A stretch of DNA of 64,000 nt, from the NCBI GenBank assembly GCA_026931325.1, contig JAIXLO010000129.1, positions 19,685 through 83,684 of the forward strand, given 5' to 3'. Below are positions 18,597 through 29,100 of the stretch, in pieces. The stretch is from Chitinophagales bacterium. Lineage in GTDB: Bacteria; Bacteroidota; Bacteroidia; Chitinophagales; Chitinophagaceae. The position numbers and the translations under genes were made by a program. Within the stretch, counting starts at the first letter, position 1; the number at the start of each line of letters is the position of its first letter. The notes below the pieces were generated by a model. The model worked only from the letters and a program-made list of their open reading frames with translations, was not told the origin of the DNA and searched no databases.

Positions 18597-18726
18597 AGAA
18601 ATAGAATATTTTTTAAAGACAATCTTTAATAAATTATTACAATTGTATGAAGTTAGTAGTAAAATATTTTATTTAAGCAGAAACTGTATTAATTTTTTTT
18701 AAAATAGTAATAGTTTGAAAAGGCTA

Positions 18727-19896
18727 TTAGTATTTTATTTCTCCAAAGTTGCCTTTTATGAATAATTCATTTTGAATTGAATCTTCTGTATAACCAATCA
18801 CTTTAGCATCTATGCCTAATTGGTTGGCAATTTTTATCATTTGCTCAGCTGCTTTTGCATTTGTAAAAATTTCTAATCTATGTCCCATATTAAAAACTTG
18901 ATACATTTCTTTAAAATCTGCACCAGAATTGGTTTGTATCAACTGCATAATTGGCGGAATATCAAATAAATTATTTTTAATAACTCTTAATGGTTTTGGT
19001 AAATATTTCATACACTTTGTTTGCCCACCACCACTACAATGTATTATACCATTTATATCATTAAAATACTCTTCTAATAATATTTTCATTAATGGGGCAT
19101 AAGTACGAGTTGGGCTTAATAATAATTTACCAATTGAGTAAGAAATATTGTTAATAGAAATAGTATCTTCTAATTTATTTTTTCCTATATAAACTACATC
19201 ATTGCTTAAACTATTTTCAAAAGTTTCAGGATATTTTTCTGCATAATATTTACTTAAAACATCATGCCTTGCACTGGTTAATCCATTACTTCCTAAGCCA
19301 CTATTATATTCATTTTCATAAAGTGATTTTCCATAAGATGCAAAACCAACAATAACATTATCTGCATCAATTTTTTCGTTGGTAATTAGTTTATTTTTTT
19401 CTAATCTTACAGTTATAGTACCATTAACAGCAATGGTTCTTACAACATCGCCAACATCTGCTGTTTCTCCACCTAAATAAAAAATATTGATGCCATATTT
19501 TTTCATTTCATCAAAAAACTCTTGAGTACCATTAATAATAGCTTCAAGAACTTCTCCTGAAATTTTAGATTTATTTCTATCAATAGTAGAGCTGAATAAA
19601 AAATTATTATAAGCACCAACACATAAAAGATCATCTAAATTCATTGCAACTGCATCTTGTGCAATTCCTTTCCAAACACTTACATCACCTGTTTCTTTCC
19701 AGTATAAATAAGCTAAAATACTTTTTGTACCAGCACCATCTGCATGAGAAATGTTTACAAAATTTTCATTGCCTGTTAAATAATCTGGATACATTTTGCA
19801 AAAAGCATGAGCATATAAACCAGTATCTAATTTTTTTATTGCTGCATGCACTTCTTCTTTTTGAGCAGATACACCTCTTTTGTTGTATAAAGACAT
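18727..19896 (-). CDS. purM: phosphoribosylformylglycinamidine cyclo-ligase (AIR synthase)
   Basis: 389 aa. AIR-synthase-family motifs (ADGAGTK, GGETAD, HCSGGG). Confidence 0.8.
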   Translation of the reverse strand: MSLYNKRGVSAQKEEVHAAIKKLDTGLYAHAFCKMYPDYLTGNENFVNISHADGAGTKSILAYLYWKETGDVSVWKGIAQDAVAMNLDDLLCVGAYNNFLFSSTIDRNKSKISGEVLEAIINGTQEFFDEMKKYGINIFYLGGETADVGDVVRTIAVNGTITVRLEKNKLITNEKIDADNVIVGFASYGKSLYENEYNSGLGSNGLTSARHDVLSKYYAEKYPETFENSLSNDVVYIGKNKLEDTISINNISYSIGKLLLSPTRTYAPLMKILLEEYFNDINGIIHCSGGGQTKCMKYLPKPLRVIKNNLFDIPPIMQLIQTNSGADFKEMYQVFNMGHRLEIFTNAKAAEQMIKIANQLGIDAKVIGYTEDSIQNELFIKGNFGEIKY

Positions 19897-19966
19897 TTTT
19901 TTGCTTGAGTATTTAATCTTTGCAAATGTAATTTACCTTCTCTTATCATTCATTATTTTTGTTGGT

Positions 19967-20980
19967 ATGAATATTTATAAAGATTTGAATCAATTACCAG
20001 CATTTAAAAATGCCATTATTACAATAGGAACATTTGATGGTGTACACGAAGGACATAAAAAAATTTTATCACAACTAAAAACAAAAGCCAAAGAGGTAAA
20101 TGGCGAAACTGTTGTAATAACTTTTTATCCTCATCCAAGAAAAATTATTGGCGATACAACTGGTGTTCGTTTAATAACCACTTTAGAAGAAAAATTAATG
20201 TTGCTTTCAAATGAAGGAATAGATAATGTGGTGGTTGTGCCTTTTAATGAAGCATTTTCAAATTTTTCTGCCGAAAATTATATCTTAGAATTTTTATACA
20301 AAAAATTTAAACCACATACTTTAATTATTGGTTATGATCATCGTTTTGGATTTCAACGAAAAGGCGATTATCATTTATTAGAACAATATGGTAAACAATT
20401 AGGTTTTAATGTAGAAGAAATAGATGCTAAAACAATTTCTGAAGCAACCATCAGTAGTACAAAAATTCGCAAAGCCTTGCTACAAGCAGACTTAGAGACT
20501 GCTAAAATATTTTTAGGTTACAATTATTTTTTTGAAGGAACAGTAATTAAAGGTGATCAGTTAGGAAGAACTATTGGGTATCCAACAGCAAATTTGCAAT
20601 TGAATGACGATGAAAAATTAGTTCCTGCTGATGGTGTATATGCTGTAGAAGTTTATAGGCAACAGAGATTAGATAACAGACAGCAGACAACAGACTATAA
20701 AAGGCAAAACGAAATTAATAAAGGCTCTACTGTTGGCTGTGGGTTATGGACTACGCACTATTTAAAAGGAATGTTATACATTGGCAGTAGGCCTGTAGTA
20801 AATGGAAAAAGAAGAGTAATTGAAGTAAATATTTTTGATTTTAATGAAGATATTTATTCAGAAAATTTAAAACTTACTATTAAAAAATTTATCAGAGGCG
20901 ATAAGCACTTGAATGGTTTAGAAGAATTAAAAAATCAATTAGCTATTGATAAAATAGAAGTATTAAAATGTTGGAATTAA
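19967..20980 (+). CDS. ribF: bifunctional riboflavin kinase / FMN adenylyltransferase
   Basis: Track ORF trimmed to ATG 19967 (MNIYKDLNQLPAFKNAIITIGTFDGVHEGH...). Kinase domain GDQLGRTIGYPTANL. It carries an extra ~30-aa insert, described in findings. Confidence 0.9.
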   Translation: MNIYKDLNQLPAFKNAIITIGTFDGVHEGHKKILSQLKTKAKEVNGETVVITFYPHPRKIIGDTTGVRLITTLEEKLMLLSNEGIDNVVVVPFNEAFSNFSAENYILEFLYKKFKPHTLIIGYDHRFGFQRKGDYHLLEQYGKQLGFNVEEIDAKTISEATISSTKIRKALLQADLETAKIFLGYNYFFEGTVIKGDQLGRTIGYPTANLQLNDDEKLVPADGVYAVEVYRQQRLDNRQQTTDYKRQNEINKGSTVGCGLWTTHYLKGMLYIGSRPVVNGKRRVIEVNIFDFNEDIYSENLKLTIKKFIRGDKHLNGLEELKNQLAIDKIEVLKCWN

Positions 20981-21004
20981 TTTTTTATTTCAAAAAAAAA
21001 TATA

Positions 21005-22108
21005 CTACACTTTACTATATTTTCTCTTAAAATATTTATCCAATAGCCAAGTAATAACCCAATAAATAGGCACTGTTATTGGATAAAAGATAATAATTAA
21101 ACCTGTATAACCATGATATCTACCTGCTGCTTCTCCTATTAAATTATCAATAAACCCAAAAGAAGCTATAAAAAAAATAAAGAAACTTAATGGCACTAAA
21201 AAACTTCCTGCAATCACTACCCAAGAATATTTTTTTGGAAGATTATTTTTTCTGTACTTCAATATAGCAAAAACATGAAGTAATGCTAAAATAAAAAAAC
21301 AAATAGCTGCTATATTGAAAGGCTCAATAGCTATCATTGTTTTGGCAAGTGAGCTAACTTGTGGTGTATAAACTATTTGAAAAAAATCATCAGGCAATTT
21401 TGTAAAATGCCAAACAGCAATACTATCAATTTTTCCTGAAGTTGGTTTTCCTAAAGTAGTAGTAAGTGTATTGTTGTATTGGTAATCTGTAGCATCTAAA
21501 GTAATTTCTAATTCATGAAAAGACTTCCAATATTTTGCTGGAGAAAGTGAATAACGAAAACTATTTTCTGCTACCCAATGAGCTCTATCTGTCCATGCAG
21601 AAGCATTGTATTCAACTCTTATAATATGATTTCCTTTACTAAGATTTGTTTCAAAATATTTTAAGTCTTTTAAATAATAAATAATTCCATTTTTAGAATC
21701 CCAATAAATTTCAGCCATATCTGCTTCTCCATTATTAAGAGGAGGTCTAAAAGAGTTGGAAAACTTATCAAATTTAGATTGATTAGTAGATGTATATTCA
21801 GCAGGAATATCAAGCAATTTTATTTCTTTTCCATCTACAAATACTTTAAAATTTTTACTATAATCAATGGCATGAAATAATAAAGGAATTTGCATTCCAT
21901 TTGTTTCTGTATTGATGTAATATTCTATAACATAGTCTGCTGATTCAAAATTTTTATTAAGCTTAATAAAAATTTTCTCTTTTAAAATATCTACATCTTT
22001 ACTTGAGTAAACTGTAGAAGAAGAAGTGCCTGGAATATAAGGAGAAGCCATATTTGCATGGCTAATAAAAACAGAAAAGAAAAAAATAATTACTAAGAGT
22101 TGTTTCAT
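21005..22108 (-). CDS. hypothetical membrane protein (signal peptide, beta-rich ectodomain, C-terminal TM bundle)
   Basis: 367 aa. N-terminal MKQLLVIIFFFSVFISHA. About four hydrophobic helices in the last 110 aa. Confidence 0.55.
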   Translation of the reverse strand: MKQLLVIIFFFSVFISHANMASPYIPGTSSSTVYSSKDVDILKEKIFIKLNKNFESADYVIEYYINTETNGMQIPLLFHAIDYSKNFKVFVDGKEIKLLDIPAEYTSTNQSKFDKFSNSFRPPLNNGEADMAEIYWDSKNGIIYYLKDLKYFETNLSKGNHIIRVEYNASAWTDRAHWVAENSFRYSLSPAKYWKSFHELEITLDATDYQYNNTLTTTLGKPTSGKIDSIAVWHFTKLPDDFFQIVYTPQVSSLAKTMIAIEPFNIAAICFFILALLHVFAILKYRKNNLPKKYSWVVIAGSFLVPLSFFIFFIASFGFIDNLIGEAAGRYHGYTGLIIIFYPITVPIYWVITWLLDKYFKRKYSKV

Positions 22109-22173
22109 AAAATAAATGAATGATACAGCAAATAATCAGATGAAACAATTAGTAATAAACATAAATCAATTTG

Positions 22174-22557
22174 TTAATTAATTCTTATAGAAATAATACT
22201 TTGTTTGTTACCATTATTTTTTGCCATTAAGGTAATATTAAAACCCTTATTATCGTTTTTTAGTTTTCCTGCAATATACATGGTGCCCCCCATTTCTCTT
22301 TGAGAGGCAAGTACAAAACCTTTAATATTATTTTCATTAAAAAAAGCTTTTAAGGCAATACTTGCCTGATTCTTACTCATATTCTTTACCTCTTCTTTTT
22401 CAGGAAGTTTTAAATCTATAAAGCTATCAAAGTATTCTGTTAGTTGTTCTACATTAGCATCATTCAATGCTTTTAAAATATCATTATTATCTGTTTCCTG
22501 TGCAGTAAAAGCAAAAGAAAATAAACTAATTGCAGCGAATAAAAAGATTTTTTTCAT
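22174..22557 (-). CDS. small secreted protein, DUF4783-like
   Basis: 127 aa. Signal peptide MKKIFLFAAISLFSFAFTAQ. Family assignment is from memory. Confidence 0.5.
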   Translation of the reverse strand: MKKIFLFAAISLFSFAFTAQETDNNDILKALNDANVEQLTEYFDSFIDLKLPEKEEVKNMSKNQASIALKAFFNENNIKGFVLASQREMGGTMYIAGKLKNDNKGFNITLMAKNNGNKQSIISIRIN

Positions 22558-22765
22558 TATGATATTTTTTTACTAAGGTGCTAAAAACATGCCAAGTTAA
22601 TTATTTACCAATAATATTCCTAAAAACAATGATATAAGAAATACACATTTTTATAAGCTATTGTTAGTGTTACAAAACTTAACCATAGATAAAAGAACAT
22701 CAAATATTCAATTTTCAATAATCAATAAACAATTTTCAGTTAATAAAGTTGGGTGAGGAAAAAGT

Positions 22766-22840
22766 TGTCAGTCTGAGTTTTTCGAAGACTGATGTAATTA
22801 AACGTATTATTCAATCGCTTTCGACAGGCTCAAGCTGACA
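22766..22840. repeat. REP-like imperfect hairpin (TGTCAGTCTGAG ... CTCAAGCTGACA)
   Basis: 10 of 12 complementary arms, plus an inner TCAGTCT/AGACTGA stem. Confidence 0.6.
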
Positions 22841-22875
22841 TTTTATTTTATAATTAAAATATAACCCCACTCAAC

Positions 22876-22956
22876 GTCATTGCGAGCCAAAGGCGAAGCA
22901 ATCCACAATAACATTAGCTTCACTAGATTGCTTCGGGCTAAAGCCCTCGCAATGAC
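22876..22956. repeat. REP-like palindromic element (GTCATTGCGAG..CGAAGCAATC / GATTGCTTCG..CTCGCAATGAC)
   Basis: Long imperfect hairpin. Related copies lie at 30681..30904. Confidence 0.8.
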
Positions 22957-23016
22957 TAAAAACTAAAATCTAAAAACTAAACCCGAAATCCGAAATCCGA
23001 AATCCGAAATCCGAAA
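22957..23016 (+). repeat. low-complexity tandem repeats: AAAAACTAAAATCT-type units followed by five heptamers (CCCGAAA, then 4x TCCGAAA)
   Basis: Read directly. The heptamer tract is 22982..23016, followed by a T10A7 run at 23037..23053. Confidence 0.9.
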
Positions 23017-23133
23017 AAAACATATTTACCATTATATTTTTTTTTTAAAAAAACACTTATTTTAATACAACTTTTTTCTTACTTTTGTACTCTTAATAAT
23101 ATTATAACCATAACTTATAAAACACTTTTTGAT

Positions 23134-26100
23134 ATGAGGCTGAAGAAATACAACTTTTTTTACAAACTTTTTTTTATTGCCTGTTTTTTTACCACTACCT
23201 TTTTTACTCAAAATGCTTGGGGGCAAAACTATAAACTAGTTACATCTACATCTGACTTAACAACAGGGCAAGGTTATATTATTACTAGTGGTAGTAGTGG
23301 AACAGTAAATATATTAGGTTATCAAAATACTAATAATAGACCAAGGTCAGGTACAGCAACAGTTTCTTCAAGTGTTATAACAGGGCTTACTATTGCTACA
23401 TTAAATTCACATACCACTAAACCATTTGAACTAATCTTAGGTACTGCATTGAAATCTGGCACTAGTTATTATACTTTATATGACAATGTAAATTCTGGTT
23501 ATTTGTATGCTGCTTCTAATTCTAAAAATTACTTAAGAACTCAAGGAACTTTAGATGATAATGGCAAATGGGCTATTACATTCCCTGGTAGTGATGTTGC
23601 AAGTATTGTAGCTCAAGGGACAAACACTAGAAATATTATGAAATATAATTCAAGTAATAGCCTTTTTTCCTGTTACAATTCAGGGCAGAATGCTGTTTAC
23701 CTTTTTAGAAAAGCATATAAAATAACTTATAATGCTAATGGCTCTACAGGAGGTAGTGTGCCTACGGATGATAGTTATTATTTTTCTACAGAAACAGTAA
23801 CAGCCAAAGGCAATACAGGTAGCTTGGTTAAAACGGGTTATAGTTTTTCTGGTTGGAACACAAAAGCAGATGGAACAGGAACAGATTATGCAGCAGGTTC
23901 TGGTACATTTACAACCTCTCAAGATACTATACTTTATGCAAAATGGACTGCCTCAGGCTCAACCCCACCAACACTTACAGCAGCACCTTCTGCTACTGTA
24001 GATTCAGCTTTTGATGTAACTTTTACAGATGATGCTGCTTGGCGTGGTGCTATAACAGGCATTACTATTGGTGGCACATCCTTAACAGCAGGGTATAGTG
24101 TAAGTAGTGGTAAAATTACTTTTACTCCTTCTGCTTCTAACCCATCTGGTTTATTACAAACATCTGGCACTAAAAGCATTGTTGTACAAGCTACTGGTTA
24201 TACAGATGCAACAGTAAGCCAAACCATTGGTTTTGGTGCAGCCAATAAATTAGGTATTACAACACAGCCTGTTGGTCATGCAACTGTTAATAATACTACA
24301 TTAGCTACACAACCTGTGGTAGTTGTTCAAGACCAATATGGCAATACTGTAACAAGTAGCAGTGCTAATATTACAGCTACTGTTGGTGCAGGTACTTGGA
24401 GCATTGGTGGTACTACTACTGTAGCAGCATCTTCGGGTATAGTTACTTTTACCAACCTTACAGCAAATAATACTTCTGGTGCAGATATTAATAATAGTGC
24501 TACTATTGATTTTGCTTCTTCTGGGCTTACAGGTGTTACTTCAAGTACATTTAGTATTCCTATTTTATATGCAGAACCTTCTGAAAACCCAACAACAAGT
24601 GCAGTAAGAAATGCTGGTAGTCCTACATCTTCAATAGATGTAAGTTGGACATCTGTAACAGCAGATGGATATGTAGTAATGAGAAGACAAGCTGCACAAC
24701 CAACTGGTACTCCTTCTGATGGTACAAGTTATACTGTAGGTACAGATATTGGTGATAGCAAAGTAGTATATGTTGGTACAGGTACAAGTTTTACAGATGT
24801 TAGTCTTTCTGCAGGTACTGAATATCGTTATAGAGTGTATGCTTATAATGGCTCAGGTGCTGGAACTTATAATTATAAAACATCACCTCTACCAGATACA
24901 GGTGCAGCTTATACTTTATCAACAGAACCATCTGCCCATGCAGCAAGTTTTACAGCAACTGCAAATTCTGCTACCAATATTGATTTAGCTTTTTCTGCTG
25001 CAAGTACATTACCTGCTAATGGATATTTAATATTAAGAAAAAGTAGTGCATTTGTAGCAGGAGATTATCCTACAGATGGTACTGCACCAACACAAGGTTC
25101 AGCAGTTGGTTCAAATGGTGCTGTTGTAAATAGCATTATCACTTCAGATGCAACAACAACATCATCATATACAGCAAGTGCAGATGAAACTTGGTATTTT
25201 TTATTAGTACCATTTAATTGGGATGGAACAAATGGTGCTACCAGAAATTATTATACAGGAGCTACTATACCAGAAGCCAATACAACTACAACCTCAGGAG
25301 CATCAGATGTAGTAGCAGTTGCAAGTTCATCACCTGCAAGTATTTCATCTTTAATAAACGATGCAGCACCACTTACATCAAGTACAGGAGTGCAGGTTTG
25401 GCAAATAACTATAAGAGATGGGGGAAGTGGTATGAACGATGCAGATGCTTTGCCAACAAAGGTTTCAGCCATTACATTTACAGCAGGAAATGGTAATTCT
25501 GTATCTTCTTGGAGTACATCTGTAAAAACAGCAGCATTATTTGATGGTGCTACATTATTGGCAACAGCTACTATTTCAGGTAATAGTTTTGTATTTAGTG
25601 GTTTAAGTATTTCTGTAGCTGATAATAGTAGTAAAACATTATCGCTTAGAATTTCTTTGAATGAAACCTTAGGAGCCAGTGATGATGGAAAAGATTTTCA
25701 ATTTCAATTATCTAACACAAATATTACATCTGTTAATGATGGCACAAGTTCGGGCATAACCAATTTTAGTGCAATAACTACAGTAAATAATACAGAAAAT
25801 GTTATTGATGTTGTAGCTACAAAACTTGTGTATAGCCAACAACCAAGTAATGTAGTTGCATCAACCAATATATCGCCTGCTGTAAAAGTAAAAGCTACTG
25901 ATGCTAATGGTAATTTGGATTTAGGGTTTACAAATAGTGTAAGCATAACAGCATCAGCTTCTGTATTAACAGGCTCTCCTGTAAGTGTAACAGCAAGTGC
26001 AGGTGAGGCTACATTTAGCAGTTTACAACTTTCTGTACCAGCATCAAATGTAACATTAACAGCTGCAGCAACAGGTTTAACTTCTGCTACCAGTAATAAT

Positions 26101-29100
26101 TTTAATGTAACATTAGCTATTGAAACCCTTGCATTATGGACGTTTGAAACAAGTGTACCTACTACTGCTGGTCCTCATACAGCAGAAGGGGGAATTAATG
26201 GTGGTAAAGCAACTAACCCTCATAGTTCAGGAGGAGTTACTTATAGTAACTTTGTTGGTAATGGTTCTACTGAATCTTTTAGCTCAGATAAATGGTCTGC
26301 TGGAGATTATTACCAATTTACTACAAGTACTAGTGGATATGAAGATATTTTTCTAACAATACATCAAACAAGTAGTAATAGTGGACCAAAGAATTTTAAG
26401 GTTCAATATAGTACTGATGGTAGTAGTTTTACAGATTTAAGTGGTGGTAGTTATGTTTTAACATATGATAGTTGGTCGTCAAGTGGCTCACCAAAAACAG
26501 AATCAATTTATTCTTTTGATTTAAGTAGTATTTCTTCACTTGATAATAAAGATTCAATTTATATAAGATTAACTCAAGTAGGAACTACTTCTGTTAATGG
26601 AGGAACCGTAGCAACTGGTGGTACAAACAGAGTAGATAATGTAACTATTACTGGTTATCCAATGACATACACTTGGACAGGCAGTGGAGGAGATAATAAG
26701 TGGACAACAACAAGCAATTGGGATTGTAATTGTGGTAAAGCACCAAGCAGTAACCATGTGGTTATTATACCTAATGGCAGCAATGTAATTTTAGATACTA
26801 ATTATTCGGCAAAATTATTAACCTTACAAGCTACCAGTACTTTAAAAATTGCACCTTTAAAAACCTTAACTGTAGCAGGTATCGTTAATTTTAATAATCA
26901 ATCTGTAACTATACAATCTAATGCAACAGGTACAGGTTCAATTGGTAAAATAACAGGTTCTTTAAACGATGCAACTAATGTAACAGTAGAACGTTATATA
27001 AGTGCCTCAGGAAACAGAGCCTACAGGATGTTAACCCCAACAGTTAATACAAGCACATCTATTAAAGCCAATTGGATGGAGGGTGTAAACAATACAGATG
27101 TATCTACCAACTCAAGCCCTAATGCAGGATATGGTACACATATAACAGGAGCAGGAGGAGCAACTAATGGCTTTGACCCAACACAAAATAATCAAGCATC
27201 ATTATTTACATTATCAAGTGGTGCTTGGATAGCAGCATCCAATACAAGTGGAACATTAGATGCAAAAACAGGATATTTACTTTTTGTTAGAGGTAATAGA
27301 GATAATATTAATACCATAAATACAGCTACAGGTAGTAGCAATACTACTTTAAGAGCTACAGGAACTTTATTAACAGGTACTCAAACATTTAGTAGTTTAC
27401 CTGCAAGTAGTTTTAGTTTAGTTACCAACCCTTATGTTTCTGCAATAGATTGGGGAAGTATTTATACAGCCAACTCATCAGACTTTGAAAATTTTGTTAC
27501 CATTTGGGATCCTAATATTGGAACAAGAGGAGGTTATGTAAGCATACAAAATGATGGTACTAAATCAGTAGCATCTGTTCTTACAAAAAGCATACAAAGT
27601 GGTCAGGCATTTTTTGTAAAAACAAAAACAGGAGGCACTAAAACACTTACTATTACTGAGAATAATAAAGATTCTGGTAATAATAATTTAGATGCTTATA
27701 GAAGTGGTAATATAGCAGAGCAATTGAGTATAATGCTACAATTTACTGCTAATAGTAAAAATATTTTAGCAGATGGTGTACTAGCAAGATTTAGCAATAA
27801 CTATGAAAACATAGTAGATGAAGATGATGCAGTACAGATGACCAATATGGATGAAGATATTTATTTGATGAGAGAAAATAAGAAATTAAGTATAGAAAGC
27901 AGAAGCTCTATAGCAACAGCAGATACCTTATTTATCAGGATACAAAATTTAAAACCAGCACAAGCCAATTATAGATGGATAATAGCACCAGAAAATTTTG
28001 CATCAATAAAGTTACAAGCTCATTTACAAGATAATTATACAAATACAAGTAAACCAATTAGTTTATCTGATACAACTATTATAGCATTTAGTGTAAACAA
28101 TGATGCAGCATCTAAAGCTATTGATAGATTTAGAATTGTATTCTCAGAAAGGCAAACATATTATAGCAAAGCCAATAATCTAAATGCAGAAGATTTGAAT
28201 AGCTGGAGTAACACAAAAGATGGCACAGGATTAACACCACCATCCTTTGATAATGGCTCTTTATTTGTCATCCAACAAGGACATAAATTAAACTTAAACA
28301 GTAGCTTAAGCTTTCCACAAAGTAATATACAAATAGAAGAAAATGCTGGCATCAATAACACAGGCAATTTATATATAGGTAATGATATAGAAAACAATGG
28401 AAGCATCATAGGTACAGGCATTACAGAACTAAATGGAACAACTAAACAAACTATTAGTGGTGTAGGAAAAATAAGTAATTTAAAATTAAATAACACTTTA
28501 GGTGCAAATATTGATGTAGAAAGTAAAGTATTTGTATTAGAAAGTTATATACCAACAGCAGGTATTTTAAACACCAATGGAAACCTTGTTTTAGTAAGTA
28601 ATGAAACAACAACAGCAAGAATAACAACAGGTGCAGCTTCTGGTAATTATTTAAGAGGTAATGTAATAGTAGAAAGATTTATTCCTGCAAAAGCTACCAG
28701 AAAATGGAGTTTTATTACAAGCCCTGTTACACAAAGCATTACTAATAGTTGGCAACAACAAATACATATTACAGGCTCAGGAAATGGTGGCTCTGTTTGC
28801 CCAACACCAATACCACATACCAATGGTTTTGATGCAACAGTAACCAATGCACCAAGTATTTATACTTACGATGCATCTAAAAACAGTGGACAACGTTGGA
28901 TAGCATTAAATAGTACTATAACAGAAAACCTAACAGCAGGAAAAGGCTTTAGAGTAAATATAAGAGGAGATAGAAATTTAGGTTGTAGTTTATTAGATGG
29001 TTCAGTGCAAAATGTTTCATCTGTAGTCTTACAATCTACAGGATTGGTAAATATTGAATCTAAAAATGCAGGAAACTTTGGTATAACTTATCCAAATACT

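Noticed and set aside
22957-23016. Short tandem repeats flanking the adhesin cassette (also 30597..30655) considered as a CRISPR array.
   Set aside because: The units are 7 and 14 nt and contiguous, with no unique spacers. No cas genes are present. These are microsatellite or low-complexity repeats.
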